This document shows positions 5,008-11,998 of a stretch of DNA of 36,942 nt, piece by piece. The notes under the pieces were generated by a model. It was not told the origin of the DNA. It saw nothing but the letters and a program-made list of their open reading frames with translations, and did no database searches. The DNA is from a virus, in IMG/VR virus record IMGVR_UViG_3300033475_000097; one strand, given 5' to 3'. Position 1 is the first letter of the stretch; every line of letters starts with the position of its first letter. A program made the position numbers and the translations under genes.

Positions 5008-6416
5008 GTTCCGTGGTGCGGTTCGACGCGTATGCGGAGGGTCCGGTATTGCCCCAGGCCATTGACGCCGAACAGGCGGTCTTGGGGATGCTCATGCTCG
5101 CACCGGGTGAGCTGCCAAAGGTCGCCGATTGGCTGACCGAAGGCGATTTCGTCCGTGACGACCATCGGTTGATCTTCCGGGCGCTGGTTGGATTGATCGG
5201 TCGCGGTGCCCCGGTGGACCCTGTGACGCTGGGTGACTGGTTCCAGGCAAACGGGCTGGCGGATCGGCTGGACAGCATCGCCTACCTGATCGAGCTGTCG
5301 AACAACACAGCCAGCGTGGCCAGCCTGGTCGCCCATGCCGAGATCGTGGTGGAGAAATCGCGGCTTCGGACGGCGCTGGACATCGCCCAATCGGTGACCC
5401 AAGCGGCCATGGCGCCCGGAGCGGACTCCCAATCGATCATCGGACAGGCCGTGTACGCCCTCACAACGACGCAGGCGGCCAAGCTGAGGGGTGGGCTGGA
5501 CCATGCCAAGGGGTACCTCGCGCGAGCCGTTCAGAGCGCGTTTGAGCGATACAAGGCCGGACCGGGTTTGCTGGGTCTTCCGTGGCCGTGGAAAGGGCTG
5601 AACGACTGCACGAAAGGTTTGCGCAAGAAAACCATTTACATCGTTGGCGCCCGACCGTCGATGGGTAAGTCGGTCTTCGGACTGCAGGCAGCCGTCTTCA
5701 CCGCCCTCCGGGGTGGCCGCGTGGCGTTCTTTAGCGTCGAGATGGGCGCCGAGGAAGTCATGGCCCGCGCCGTGGCGATGGTGGCCGAGATTCCCTACGA
5801 GTGGGTGGAGCATCCCGACGACAACCATCCCTACGCCGATATTTTCTGGTCGCGCATGGAGACAGCGATTGCCCGGCTTAACGAGTGTGATTTGCTGCTT
5901 GACGAGACACCCACGCTGTCGGCGCGCCAGATGTATGCCCGGGCGAAGCGGGCGCATCTGCAAAAGCCGCTGGACCTGATCGTGGTCGATCACATGCATG
6001 ACATGGAGGTCGATCCGAAGAACGCCCGGTTTGACTACGGCGTGATCGCGCAAACCGGCAAGACGCTGGCAAAGGAGTGTGATTGTCCGGTGTTGGAGCT
6101 GGCGCAGCTCAACCGAGCCTCGGCCACGCGTGCCGACAAGCGACCAACCATGACCGACCTGCGTGAATCGGGAGAAATCGAGCAGAAGGGCGATGTGATC
6201 ATGTTTCTTCATCGGGAAGACTACTACCGGCCTGAAGAGATGAAAGGCGTCGTCGAAGTGTTGTTTGCGAAGGGTCGAAACATCCGCATCGGACAACCCG
6301 TCTATCTGCAAAACACGTTCAGCGAGATGCGTCTTCAGGAATGGATCGGTCCGCTTCCTGTTCCAACCATCGAAGACAGTTCACATCGTGGTATCGGAAA
6401 GAAGAAGACGCCGTGA
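5004..6416 (+). CDS. dnaB: Replicative DNA helicase, DnaB family, 470 aa.
   Basis: N-terminal PQAIDAEQAVLG motif, Walker A GARPSMGKS, LAKECDCPVLELAQLNR and the length all match DnaB. Confidence 0.95.
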   Translation: MSSVVRFDAYAEGPVLPQAIDAEQAVLGMLMLAPGELPKVADWLTEGDFVRDDHRLIFRALVGLIGRGAPVDPVTLGDWFQANGLADRLDSIAYLIELSNNTASVASLVAHAEIVVEKSRLRTALDIAQSVTQAAMAPGADSQSIIGQAVYALTTTQAAKLRGGLDHAKGYLARAVQSAFERYKAGPGLLGLPWPWKGLNDCTKGLRKKTIYIVGARPSMGKSVFGLQAAVFTALRGGRVAFFSVEMGAEEVMARAVAMVAEIPYEWVEHPDDNHPYADIFWSRMETAIARLNECDLLLDETPTLSARQMYARAKRAHLQKPLDLIVVDHMHDMEVDPKNARFDYGVIAQTGKTLAKECDCPVLELAQLNRASATRADKRPTMTDLRESGEIEQKGDVIMFLHREDYYRPEEMKGVVEVLFAKGRNIRIGQPVYLQNTFSEMRLQEWIGPLPVPTIEDSSHRGIGKKKTP

Positions 6417-6655
6417 AAATCACTGCAACCTATCGTGGAGAAGAAGACCTGAATGTGAGGATCGCGCGCGCATTCTCATACGGTCCTGTTGACCCATGGC
6501 AACTAGCCAAGATGCTTCACGCTGACCTAGAGGACGTGATCCATCACTGCAAGCTGTACCTAGCCACTGGCCAGATCGAAGTAGCCGAGTGGCACAAATA
6601 CGAGCCGGCGATTACGTTGCCGGCATTTCAGTGGACCAAGGAGCTAGGCCAATGA
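6413..6655 (+). CDS. Hypothetical protein, about 80 aa.
   Basis: In the frame of ORF 6341..6655. The GTG start overlaps the dnaB TGA (GTGA). The start is uncertain. Confidence 0.5.
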   Translation: MKITATYRGEEDLNVRIARAFSYGPVDPWQLAKMLHADLEDVIHHCKLYLATGQIEVAEWHKYEPAITLPAFQWTKELGQ

Positions 6656-6951
6656 ATATTCAGGACGTGGCGAAGCATCTTCGCAAGCGCGCGCAACAGT
6701 TACATGAAGCAGGCATATACAAAGCGTCTGGCGATTATCTTGAAATGGCCGAAGCCTGCGAGCGCTTCACGTGGAGGCCGATTGAGACGGCTCCGAGAGA
6801 TGGGACACGCGTGCTTCTACACCGTCATGGACAAGGACGATGGAGCACCTTCGTAGGTGCATGGAGCGATCACGACCGAGTCTGGCATGACGCCGATAGC
6901 TTATTCCGCGATCCAACCCACTGGATGCCGCTGCCTGAGTCGCCGAAATGA
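6652..6951 (+). CDS. DUF551-like phage protein, 99 aa.
   Basis: M22 of ORF 6589..6951 with an ATGA overlap. The C-terminal W..IETAPRDGTRVLL...THWMPLPESP pattern is typical of DUF551 (from memory). Confidence 0.7.
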   Translation: MNIQDVAKHLRKRAQQLHEAGIYKASGDYLEMAEACERFTWRPIETAPRDGTRVLLHRHGQGRWSTFVGAWSDHDRVWHDADSLFRDPTHWMPLPESPK

Positions 6952-7409
6952 GCTACATCTCCTTCCTAACGCCCTACCCTCCAAGCGCCAACCACTACAA
7001 GAACCATCGAGTGGTGAAAGGAAAGGTCATTACCTACGTGGACGATGAAGCCAAGCGGTTTCGTGTCGATGTGGCATGGCGCGCCAAAGCAGCAGGCGTT
7101 CGCAAGGCAAACGGCCGCGTGGCGCTGGAGATCAAGGTTTATCCAAGTCTGCCTAAAGACTGGAAGGCGCGTGCACGCAAAGATCCTGACTTTTGGGACG
7201 ACACCGTGAAGTGCATCGACGTCGGCAACGCTGAGAAGTGCATCAGCGACGCTCTGAATGGCGTGGCGTGGGAGGACGACAAGCAGGTGTGGGATCTTCG
7301 CGTCATGCGCATGCGGCCGGATGAGATGGGGCCGCGGTGCATGGTGACGATCTACCCGATCGTGGTCGATAAGCCAATGTGGGAATTCTATGATGAATCC
7401 AACTACTGA
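6948..7409 (+). CDS. rusA: RusA-family Holliday-junction resolvase, 153 aa.
   Basis: Motifs PYPPSANHY ... IDVGNAEKCISDALNGVAWEDDKQVWDL match the RusA signature PPSxNxY ... DxDNxxKxxxDAL...DD. Confidence 0.85.
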   Translation: MSYISFLTPYPPSANHYKNHRVVKGKVITYVDDEAKRFRVDVAWRAKAAGVRKANGRVALEIKVYPSLPKDWKARARKDPDFWDDTVKCIDVGNAEKCISDALNGVAWEDDKQVWDLRVMRMRPDEMGPRCMVTIYPIVVDKPMWEFYDESNY

Positions 7410-7572
7410 TTACCGCGTCTGCTCGCTTCCATCGCCTGTAGAGACATTGGAAAACATTGGAGGTTTTCTTGTGGCGCACTGCAACAATGGCCATGCCTAT
7501 CTCATCCTCGTGGAGCAGCATGACTATCGCGATATCACCGATAGCGTTTACAAATTCAGGAGCATGCAATGA
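7390..7572 (+). CDS. Hypothetical protein, 60 aa.
   Basis: ORF track entry. Overlaps the end of rusA. Confidence 0.55.
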   Translation: MMNPTTDYRVCSLPSPVETLENIGGFLVAHCNNGHAYLILVEQHDYRDITDSVYKFRSMQ

Positions 7573-7718
7573 TCCTTCTTCACGCCTTCATGATTCTTCT
7601 GGTGCTCGTTGCCCTACACAGTCTGGTGCAATGGATTCGGCATAAGGAATGGTTCCACTGGATGGCCACCTTATTCTTCGTGGGCTGCGTCATTGCCATT
7701 TTCTTCACGGCTTCTTGA
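7569..7718 (+). CDS. 49-aa membrane mini-protein with two hydrophobic segments (MILLHAFMILLVLVALHSLVQWIRHKEWFHWMATLFFVGCVIAIFFTAS).
   Basis: Found by hand. ATGA overlap with the upstream gene. Confidence 0.55.
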   Translation: MILLHAFMILLVLVALHSLVQWIRHKEWFHWMATLFFVGCVIAIFFTAS

Positions 7719-7748
7719 GCAAGCTCAACCATAAAACGGGGAATCAAG

Positions 7749-7865
7749 ATGAAAACGATCGAGCAGTTCATCGAAAAGCACGGCGACAATCTCTTGCGTG
7801 GAGCTGTCGTTTTGGCAGCCTTCCTGTTTTCTTTCGTTACATGGCTTGCGTTCCATTCGGTGTAG
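7749..7865 (+). CDS. 38-aa C-tail-anchored membrane mini-protein (MKTIEQFIEKHGDNLLRGAVVLAAFLFSFVTWLAFHSV).
   Basis: Found by hand. GGGGA lies 7 nt upstream of the ATG. Confidence 0.45.
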   Translation: MKTIEQFIEKHGDNLLRGAVVLAAFLFSFVTWLAFHSV

Positions 7866-7944
7866 CCATGCTTCAGCGTAGACACTTGACCCGTCGACAA
7901 GCCTGGCAACTTCGGTGGTATAACGCGCGCAAGGACATCCGATC

Positions 7945-8094
7945 ATGTGTCCAACGATGGCGGAAGATGTGGTGGTACTGGTGGTGTGGGCGCTAGGGTT
8001 TGGCATCCTGGCAGTGTATGTGGCTGTACTGACATGGCTGGACAACCGCTTGGGACGCAAGGATCCTGACGATGCGCCAGTCAACAAAGAGTGA
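7945..8094 (+). CDS. 49-aa single-pass membrane mini-protein (MCPTMAEDVVVLVVWALGFGILAVYVAVLTWLDNRLGRKDPDDAPVNKE).
   Basis: Found by hand. AAGGA lies 10 nt upstream. An alternative ATG is at 7957. Confidence 0.5.
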   Translation: MCPTMAEDVVVLVVWALGFGILAVYVAVLTWLDNRLGRKDPDDAPVNKE

Positions 8095-8106
8095 TTGCGC
8101 AATCAC
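8091..8106. promoter_or_regulatory. Perfect 16-bp palindrome GTGATTGCGCAATCAC: an operator-like site or a weak hairpin.
   Basis: Read directly. It spans the stop codon of the last mini membrane gene and lies 44 nt upstream of the next gene. Confidence 0.35.
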
Positions 8107-8149
8107 GGTTTCGTGAGTAGGATAGGTTTTGGGAAATTGCGGGGGTTTT

Positions 8150-8332
8150 ATGCCTAGCACGTCCAAGAAACAGCACAATTTCATGGAAGCGGTGGATCAT
8201 TCGCCTAAATTCGCGAAAGAGGCTGGTGTTCCGCAGTCGGTCGGCAAAGAGTTTGCCAAGGCCGATAAGCGCGCCGGCGGCTACCCGCCCAAATCCAACA
8301 ACGGAAAATCCGGAGGGTATCGTGGCAAGTAA
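8150..8332 (+). CDS. Small basic protein, 60 aa, with N-terminal motif MPSTSKKQHNFMEAV. DUF3008-like, from memory.
   Basis: M8 of ORF 8129..8332. The C-terminal tail is GGYPPKSNNGKSGGYRGK. Confidence 0.7.
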   Translation: MPSTSKKQHNFMEAVDHSPKFAKEAGVPQSVGKEFAKADKRAGGYPPKSNNGKSGGYRGK

Positions 8333-8510
8333 CGAGTACAAGGCACCTTCGGGTGGTTCCTGCCCGCCGGACGGCAGCCGATCACCGTATCGGGATAGTC
8401 CGCTGGAAAACAAGACGCACAAGTATCCCAAGGGCCAGGGCGACTTCAAGGGTCGTGGTGGCTATCCTCCCTCCGGCCACAACACCACGCGTGGCGGCTA
8501 CAAGAAATAA
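8322..8510 (+). CDS. Small Gly/Pro/Lys-rich disordered protein, 62 aa.
   Basis: GTG start preceded by GGAGGG at a 4-nt spacing, in the frame of ORF 8226..8510. The C-terminal tail GGYPPSGHNTTRGGYKK parallels that of the upstream protein. Confidence 0.55.
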   Translation: MASNEYKAPSGGSCPPDGSRSPYRDSPLENKTHKYPKGQGDFKGRGGYPPSGHNTTRGGYKK

Positions 8511-8519
8511 GGAACCGAC

Positions 8520-8672
8520 ATGAAAGAAGATCGCGAGCTTCAGGGCAAGAAGGGTGAACGAGTCGCACCGCGCACGCCGGTCGCACCGACGCCTGGCAAG
8601 GGCGCCAAGCAGCCTCAGGGCTCGGGCAATTTCAATGTGGAACGCACGCCCTACGGGAAGAAGGTCAAGTGA
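8520..8672 (+). CDS. Small Lys/Pro/Gly-rich protein, 50 aa (MKEDRELQGKKGERVAPRTPVAPTPGKGAKQPQGSGNFNVERTPYGKKVK).
   Basis: Found by hand. AAGGAA lies upstream, and its TGA overlaps the GTG of the next ORF (GTGA). Confidence 0.5.
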   Translation: MKEDRELQGKKGERVAPRTPVAPTPGKGAKQPQGSGNFNVERTPYGKKVK

Positions 8673-8857
8673 CTCTTGAGGAAACCGAGCAGGGTCGCAT
8701 GAGCCTGTGGGACAAATGCCTCACCGCAGCTCTGAGTGCAGGCAAAGACATCAATGAGGCTCTGGCATGGGCTGAGAAAGCCACCACAGCCTTTGAGGAT
8801 CGTTTCCATGCTGTCGTGAAGGATGCCAAGGATGCCCTGGACCACATCGCTTCCTAG
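8669..8857 (+). CDS. Hypothetical helical protein, 62 aa.
   Basis: ORF track entry. The GTG start is coupled to the upstream stop. Confidence 0.6.
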   Translation: MTLEETEQGRMSLWDKCLTAALSAGKDINEALAWAEKATTAFEDRFHAVVKDAKDALDHIAS

Positions 8858-8867
8858 CCAAGCCGGG

Positions 8868-9029
8868 ATGTATTGGGTCAAGACGGCGGATGGATCCACG
8901 CAGCTTGTCACGGTGCGGGAACAACCGTTTACAGGATGCGCCACGGTTCGGCCGGCCTTGGTAGCTACAGAGTTGAATGCCTTGACAGGCACTGAGCAAT
9001 GGGAGGGGCCGATACAGCCTCCCCTTTGA
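8868..9029 (+). CDS. Hypothetical protein, 53 aa (MYWVKTADGSTQLVTV...).
   Basis: M16 of ORF 8823..9029. The start is uncertain. The 3' end contains the hairpin GGGAGG-N12-CCTCCC (9001-9024) followed by CTTTG, a possible weak terminator. Confidence 0.45.
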   Translation: MYWVKTADGSTQLVTVREQPFTGCATVRPALVATELNALTGTEQWEGPIQPPL

Positions 9030-9126
9030 GTCGAATCGGAGCCGGGTGACCCCCTCGCCTGTTTAACGCCTGATCCGGGCTAAGGCTCTCAATAGGATAA
9101 GTGCGGCCCCTCACGACCCTAGGGGC

Positions 9127-9227
9127 ACTAGGAAGATGATTACCTTGGACGTGACGATGCCCAAGGAACATCAGAATAATAGGTTGGAGAGACGCAAGAC
9201 GCCTTTCGAGTTAATCATCTTCCTAGT
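9127..9227. repeat. Perfect 16-bp inverted repeat (9127-9142 / 9212-9227, ACTAGGAAGATGATTA) enclosing a nested 6-bp hairpin (9143-9148 / 9161-9166).
   Basis: Read directly and checked base by base. Confidence 0.9.
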
Positions 9228-9602
9228 TCGATGAAAGCTTCCCAGGTTAACCGCAGTGAGAGAGCCCGGGCGTCATAGTTTCTGGGTGTGACCGGAGCCG
9301 CTTAGGTCCATCGAATTCCAGTTCGCAATGGTTAACTGCGATGACATCTCGGAAAATTAGACCGGCCACGAGAACCCTGCCGCTACTTCAGGACATAGGT
9401 AGCACACGAAAGCCTTTTCTGGCGGTTGTCATCCGGGTGGATGGGGATCGGGGGCACAGCGAAGGCTTTCATGTATGGCGGTGAATGCGCAGGCTGATGC
9501 GCGAGATGGGCGGGACGTCTGCTATGGGTGGCCCGCTGACTTAGGTCAGGTAGTCGAACGCATGCCGGAGATCAGCACCGGCCACCGCCTCCTATAATGA
9601 AC

Positions 9603-9632
9603 TTGCCAGTTCAGTAAACTCAACAGTACAGT
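9603..9632 (+). promoter_or_regulatory. Candidate promoter for the packaging/structural operon: -35 TTGCCA, 18-nt spacer, -10 TACAGT.
   Basis: Read directly. It lies 36 nt upstream of the terS ATG. A perfect TATAAT at 9593-9598 has no good -35. Confidence 0.3.
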
Positions 9633-9667
9633 ATTGCCACCATTTAACAATTGAACGACAAATACCT

Positions 9668-9985
9668 ATGACCTTCAAGAAAGGACAGGTGGCAAATCCC
9701 AAAGGCAGGCCGGTTGGCAGCCCCAACAAGGCCAACACAGAGTTCAGGGATACGGTACGTAGGCTTCTGGAAGACAACGCTGAAAACGTCGGACGTTGGC
9801 TTACGTTGGTGGCAGAGGGTGACGGCACGGACAGGGTCAAGCCTGACCCGGGACGCGCTCTCGACCTGATGGCCAAGCTTGCTGAATACGCTGCCCCCAA
9901 GCTCAATCGCACCGAGATAGAAGGCAAGCTGGATGCCAAGGTCACGATTGACTGGCCGCTTCCTCAGACGGAGTTGGACAAGTAG
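9668..9985 (+). CDS. terS: Terminase small subunit, 105 aa.
   Basis: The N-terminal FKKGQVANPKGRPVGSPNK motif is typical of DUF5681-type small terminases (from memory). It sits directly upstream of terL and is coupled to it. Confidence 0.75.
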   Translation: MTFKKGQVANPKGRPVGSPNKANTEFRDTVRRLLEDNAENVGRWLTLVAEGDGTDRVKPDPGRALDLMAKLAEYAAPKLNRTEIEGKLDAKVTIDWPLPQTELDK

Positions 9986-11298
9986 TGCCTTTTGAACCTC
10001 GGCGAGCCTTCATGCCGTTCCATCTGCGCAACAAGCGCTGGAGCTGCATCGTCGCCCACCGAAGAGCCGGAAAAACCGTCGCCTGCGTCAATGACCTGAT
10101 TACCAGGGCGCTTGCCAGTCCCAAAGAGAATCCACGCTACCGCTATATCGCGCCTTACTACAACCAGGCCAAGGCGGTGGCATGGGATTACCTCAAGCAA
10201 TACAGCGCGGCTTTGCAACCCAAGGTCAATGAATCCGAACTCAGCGTCGAATTCAGGAACGCCCATGGAAAACTCGCTCGCATACGTCTCTTTGGCGCCG
10301 ACAATCTTGACGCCCTACGAGGTCAATACTCTGACGGGGACATTCTGGATGAGTTTGCGGATTTCCGACCTAGAGCCTGGGGTGAGGTCATCCGTCCTTC
10401 GCTGGCTGATCGCAAGGGCTGGGCCGTGTTTATCGGCACACCCAAAGGACACAATGAGTTTTACCGGATTCATCAGCTAGCCCAACGGGAGACCGACTGG
10501 TTTCATATGGTGCTTCGAGCTTCGGAATCGGGGTTGCTGAGTCCGGTAGAGCTGAAGTCCATGCGGGACACCATGACGGAGGACCAGGCCGAGCAGGAGC
10601 TGGAATGCTCGTTTGAGGCCGCCATCATAGGCGCCGTCTATGGAAGACAGCTTTCAGGCATCGAAAAAGCCGGGCGGATAACCTCGGTCGATATAGATCC
10701 TCAATTGCCCGTTCATACAGCGTGGGATTTGGGCCTATCGGATGCGACGGCTATCTGGTTCTTCCAGGTGCTCTACAACGAGGTCAGGATCATCGACTAC
10801 GTGGAAGGCCATCATGAGCGGATCGAGGATTACGTAGATCTGCTCAAGGCCAAGGCCTACCGCTATGGCAAGCATTGGCTGCCTCACGATGGCAACAACA
10901 AGCTTCTAGCCGCTGGCGGCCGATCGATCGTGCAGCAGTTGTTCGAACTGGGCGTCAAGGCATTCGTCGTGCCTGCCACGACCCATGTGAACCAGATAGC
11001 CTCAGCCCGCAAGGTGCTAGAGAAGTGCTGGTTTGATCGCGAGCGCTGCCATGAGGGCATCGAAGCCCTGAAGCAGTATCAGTTCGAGTTTGACGAGGAC
11101 AAGAAGGCATTCAAGGAACGGCCGAGGCATGACTGGACGTCCCACGCGGCCGATGCCTTTGAAATACTGTCCCAAGTAGTACAGAATCCTAAAGAGTTGG
11201 AGCCGCGTGAAGAACCCAAGTTTTTGCACCAAATGACAGCAAATGATGTATTCTGGCCCCCGAAAAGTGCAAAATCGGTCAAAATCGAGCGAATTTGA
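9985..11298 (+). CDS. terL: Terminase large subunit, 437 aa.
   Basis: Walker A VAHRRAGKT near the N-terminus, a C-terminal nuclease-like region (DLGLSDATAIWF...HWLPHD), and position. The start is GTG 9985 or ATG 10012. Confidence 0.9.
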   Translation: MPFEPRRAFMPFHLRNKRWSCIVAHRRAGKTVACVNDLITRALASPKENPRYRYIAPYYNQAKAVAWDYLKQYSAALQPKVNESELSVEFRNAHGKLARIRLFGADNLDALRGQYSDGDILDEFADFRPRAWGEVIRPSLADRKGWAVFIGTPKGHNEFYRIHQLAQRETDWFHMVLRASESGLLSPVELKSMRDTMTEDQAEQELECSFEAAIIGAVYGRQLSGIEKAGRITSVDIDPQLPVHTAWDLGLSDATAIWFFQVLYNEVRIIDYVEGHHERIEDYVDLLKAKAYRYGKHWLPHDGNNKLLAAGGRSIVQQLFELGVKAFVVPATTHVNQIASARKVLEKCWFDRERCHEGIEALKQYQFEFDEDKKAFKERPRHDWTSHAADAFEILSQVVQNPKELEPREEPKFLHQMTANDVFWPPKSAKSVKIERI

Positions 11299-11307
11299 GG
11301 TGATGGG

Positions 11308-11634
11308 ATGAATGTCCAGCCGTTTAGTCCGGTCTTTGGGTCGACGATTGCGATCGTGCCGACAGGTTCCAATTCGGTGGCGACGTTCACCGCATCCCAG
11401 GCAATTGCCGCCAACTGTGTTCGCATTGTGAATAAGTCCAATGTGGACATCGCAGTCGAGTTCGGCAGTTCAACGGCGGTTGCCACCTTTCCCACGCCAG
11501 GTACGCCAGGCGATATGGTCGTTCCTGCCGGCGCTACCGAAATCTTCAGCAAGGGTAGTGGCGTTACGTCTGTGGCCTTGGTTGGATCCAGTGCTACGGG
11601 TAGCGTCTATCTCACCCCGGGCGAGGGCCAGTGA
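11308..11634 (+). CDS. Hypothetical virion-module protein, 108 aa.
   Basis: ORF track entry. GAGGTG SD. Beta-rich, Ser/Thr/Val/Gly composition. Confidence 0.7.
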   Translation: MNVQPFSPVFGSTIAIVPTGSNSVATFTASQAIAANCVRIVNKSNVDIAVEFGSSTAVATFPTPGTPGDMVVPAGATEIFSKGSGVTSVALVGSSATGSVYLTPGEGQ

Positions 11635-11635
11635 G

Positions 11636-11995
11636 ATGGCACTTCGCTCCCCGGCGTCCAACCTGAATGGCGGCAATCCCGCCACGTTCACTCAGCTGAC
11701 GGCTCAAAGCCTTGGGCTGAATATCCGTACGGTGACGGGCACGACGACGGCCACGGTTACCGACTTCACGGTTCTTGGCAATGCCACGACTGCGGCATTC
11801 ACGATTACGCTTCCCACGGCTGCTTCGGCTTCTGGTCATGTTATGGCGTTCAAAAAGATCGACGCCTCGGCCAATGCAGTCACGATCAAGGGTAATGGCA
11901 CTGAGCTTATCGATGCGGCCAATACCAATGTCTTGAGCGCACAGTACGCCTTCATCTTGATCCAATCAGACGGCACGCAGTGGTGGATTCTCTAA
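11636..11995 (+). CDS. Small beta-rich protein, 119 aa, ending ITLP...NAVTIKGNGTELID...SDGTQWWIL.
   Basis: M66 of ORF 11441..11995, 1 nt after the upstream stop. It shares a motif skeleton with the product of 18009..18386. Confidence 0.7.
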   Translation: MALRSPASNLNGGNPATFTQLTAQSLGLNIRTVTGTTTATVTDFTVLGNATTAAFTITLPTAASASGHVMAFKKIDASANAVTIKGNGTELIDAANTNVLSAQYAFILIQSDGTQWWIL

Positions 11996-11998
11996 GCC

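Larger units (their letters stand above)
9030..9667. other. 638-nt non-coding, hairpin-rich region immediately upstream of terS. Candidates are a structured RNA, a packaging or genome-end region, or a decayed gene.
   Basis: I found no plausible ORF in any frame; the longest with an ATG is about 32 codons and lacks usable SD spacing. Multiple stems are listed in the findings. Confidence 0.5.

Noticed and set aside
4857-6311. A 484-aa antisense ORF opposite dnaB. Similar long antisense ORFs occur at 15506..16582, 24687..25298 and 27277..27804.
   Set aside because: The sense-strand genes have clear family motifs (DnaB Walker A, capsid, SLT). The antisense products are Arg/Gly/His-rich with no gene context. 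This is the typical by-product of GC-rich third codon positions.
7916-7924. An extended -10-like element, TGGTATAAC, upstream of the third mini membrane gene.
   Set aside because: There is no -35 at a suitable spacing, and it lies within a region that may simply be read through from upstream. It is too weak to list as a feature.
7649-7996. ORF 7649..7996 (plus strand, 115 aa, Trp/Arg-rich) and minus-strand ORFs 7580..7909 and 7725..8102.
   Set aside because: Their composition is not protein-like, and they conflict with three short ORFs that have clean hydrophobic helices, coupling and SD signals. The minus-strand ORFs oppose the transcription direction.
9030-9667. A tRNA or tmRNA in the non-coding region, suggested by GTTCGAT at about 9226-9232 and several 5-bp hairpins.
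   Set aside because: I could not build a cloverleaf. No acceptor or T-stem pairing flanks the T-loop-like heptamer, and the CTGAC hairpin has a 4-nt loop rather than a 7-nt loop. The short ORFs (for example the 32 codons from 9136) lack workable SD spacing.
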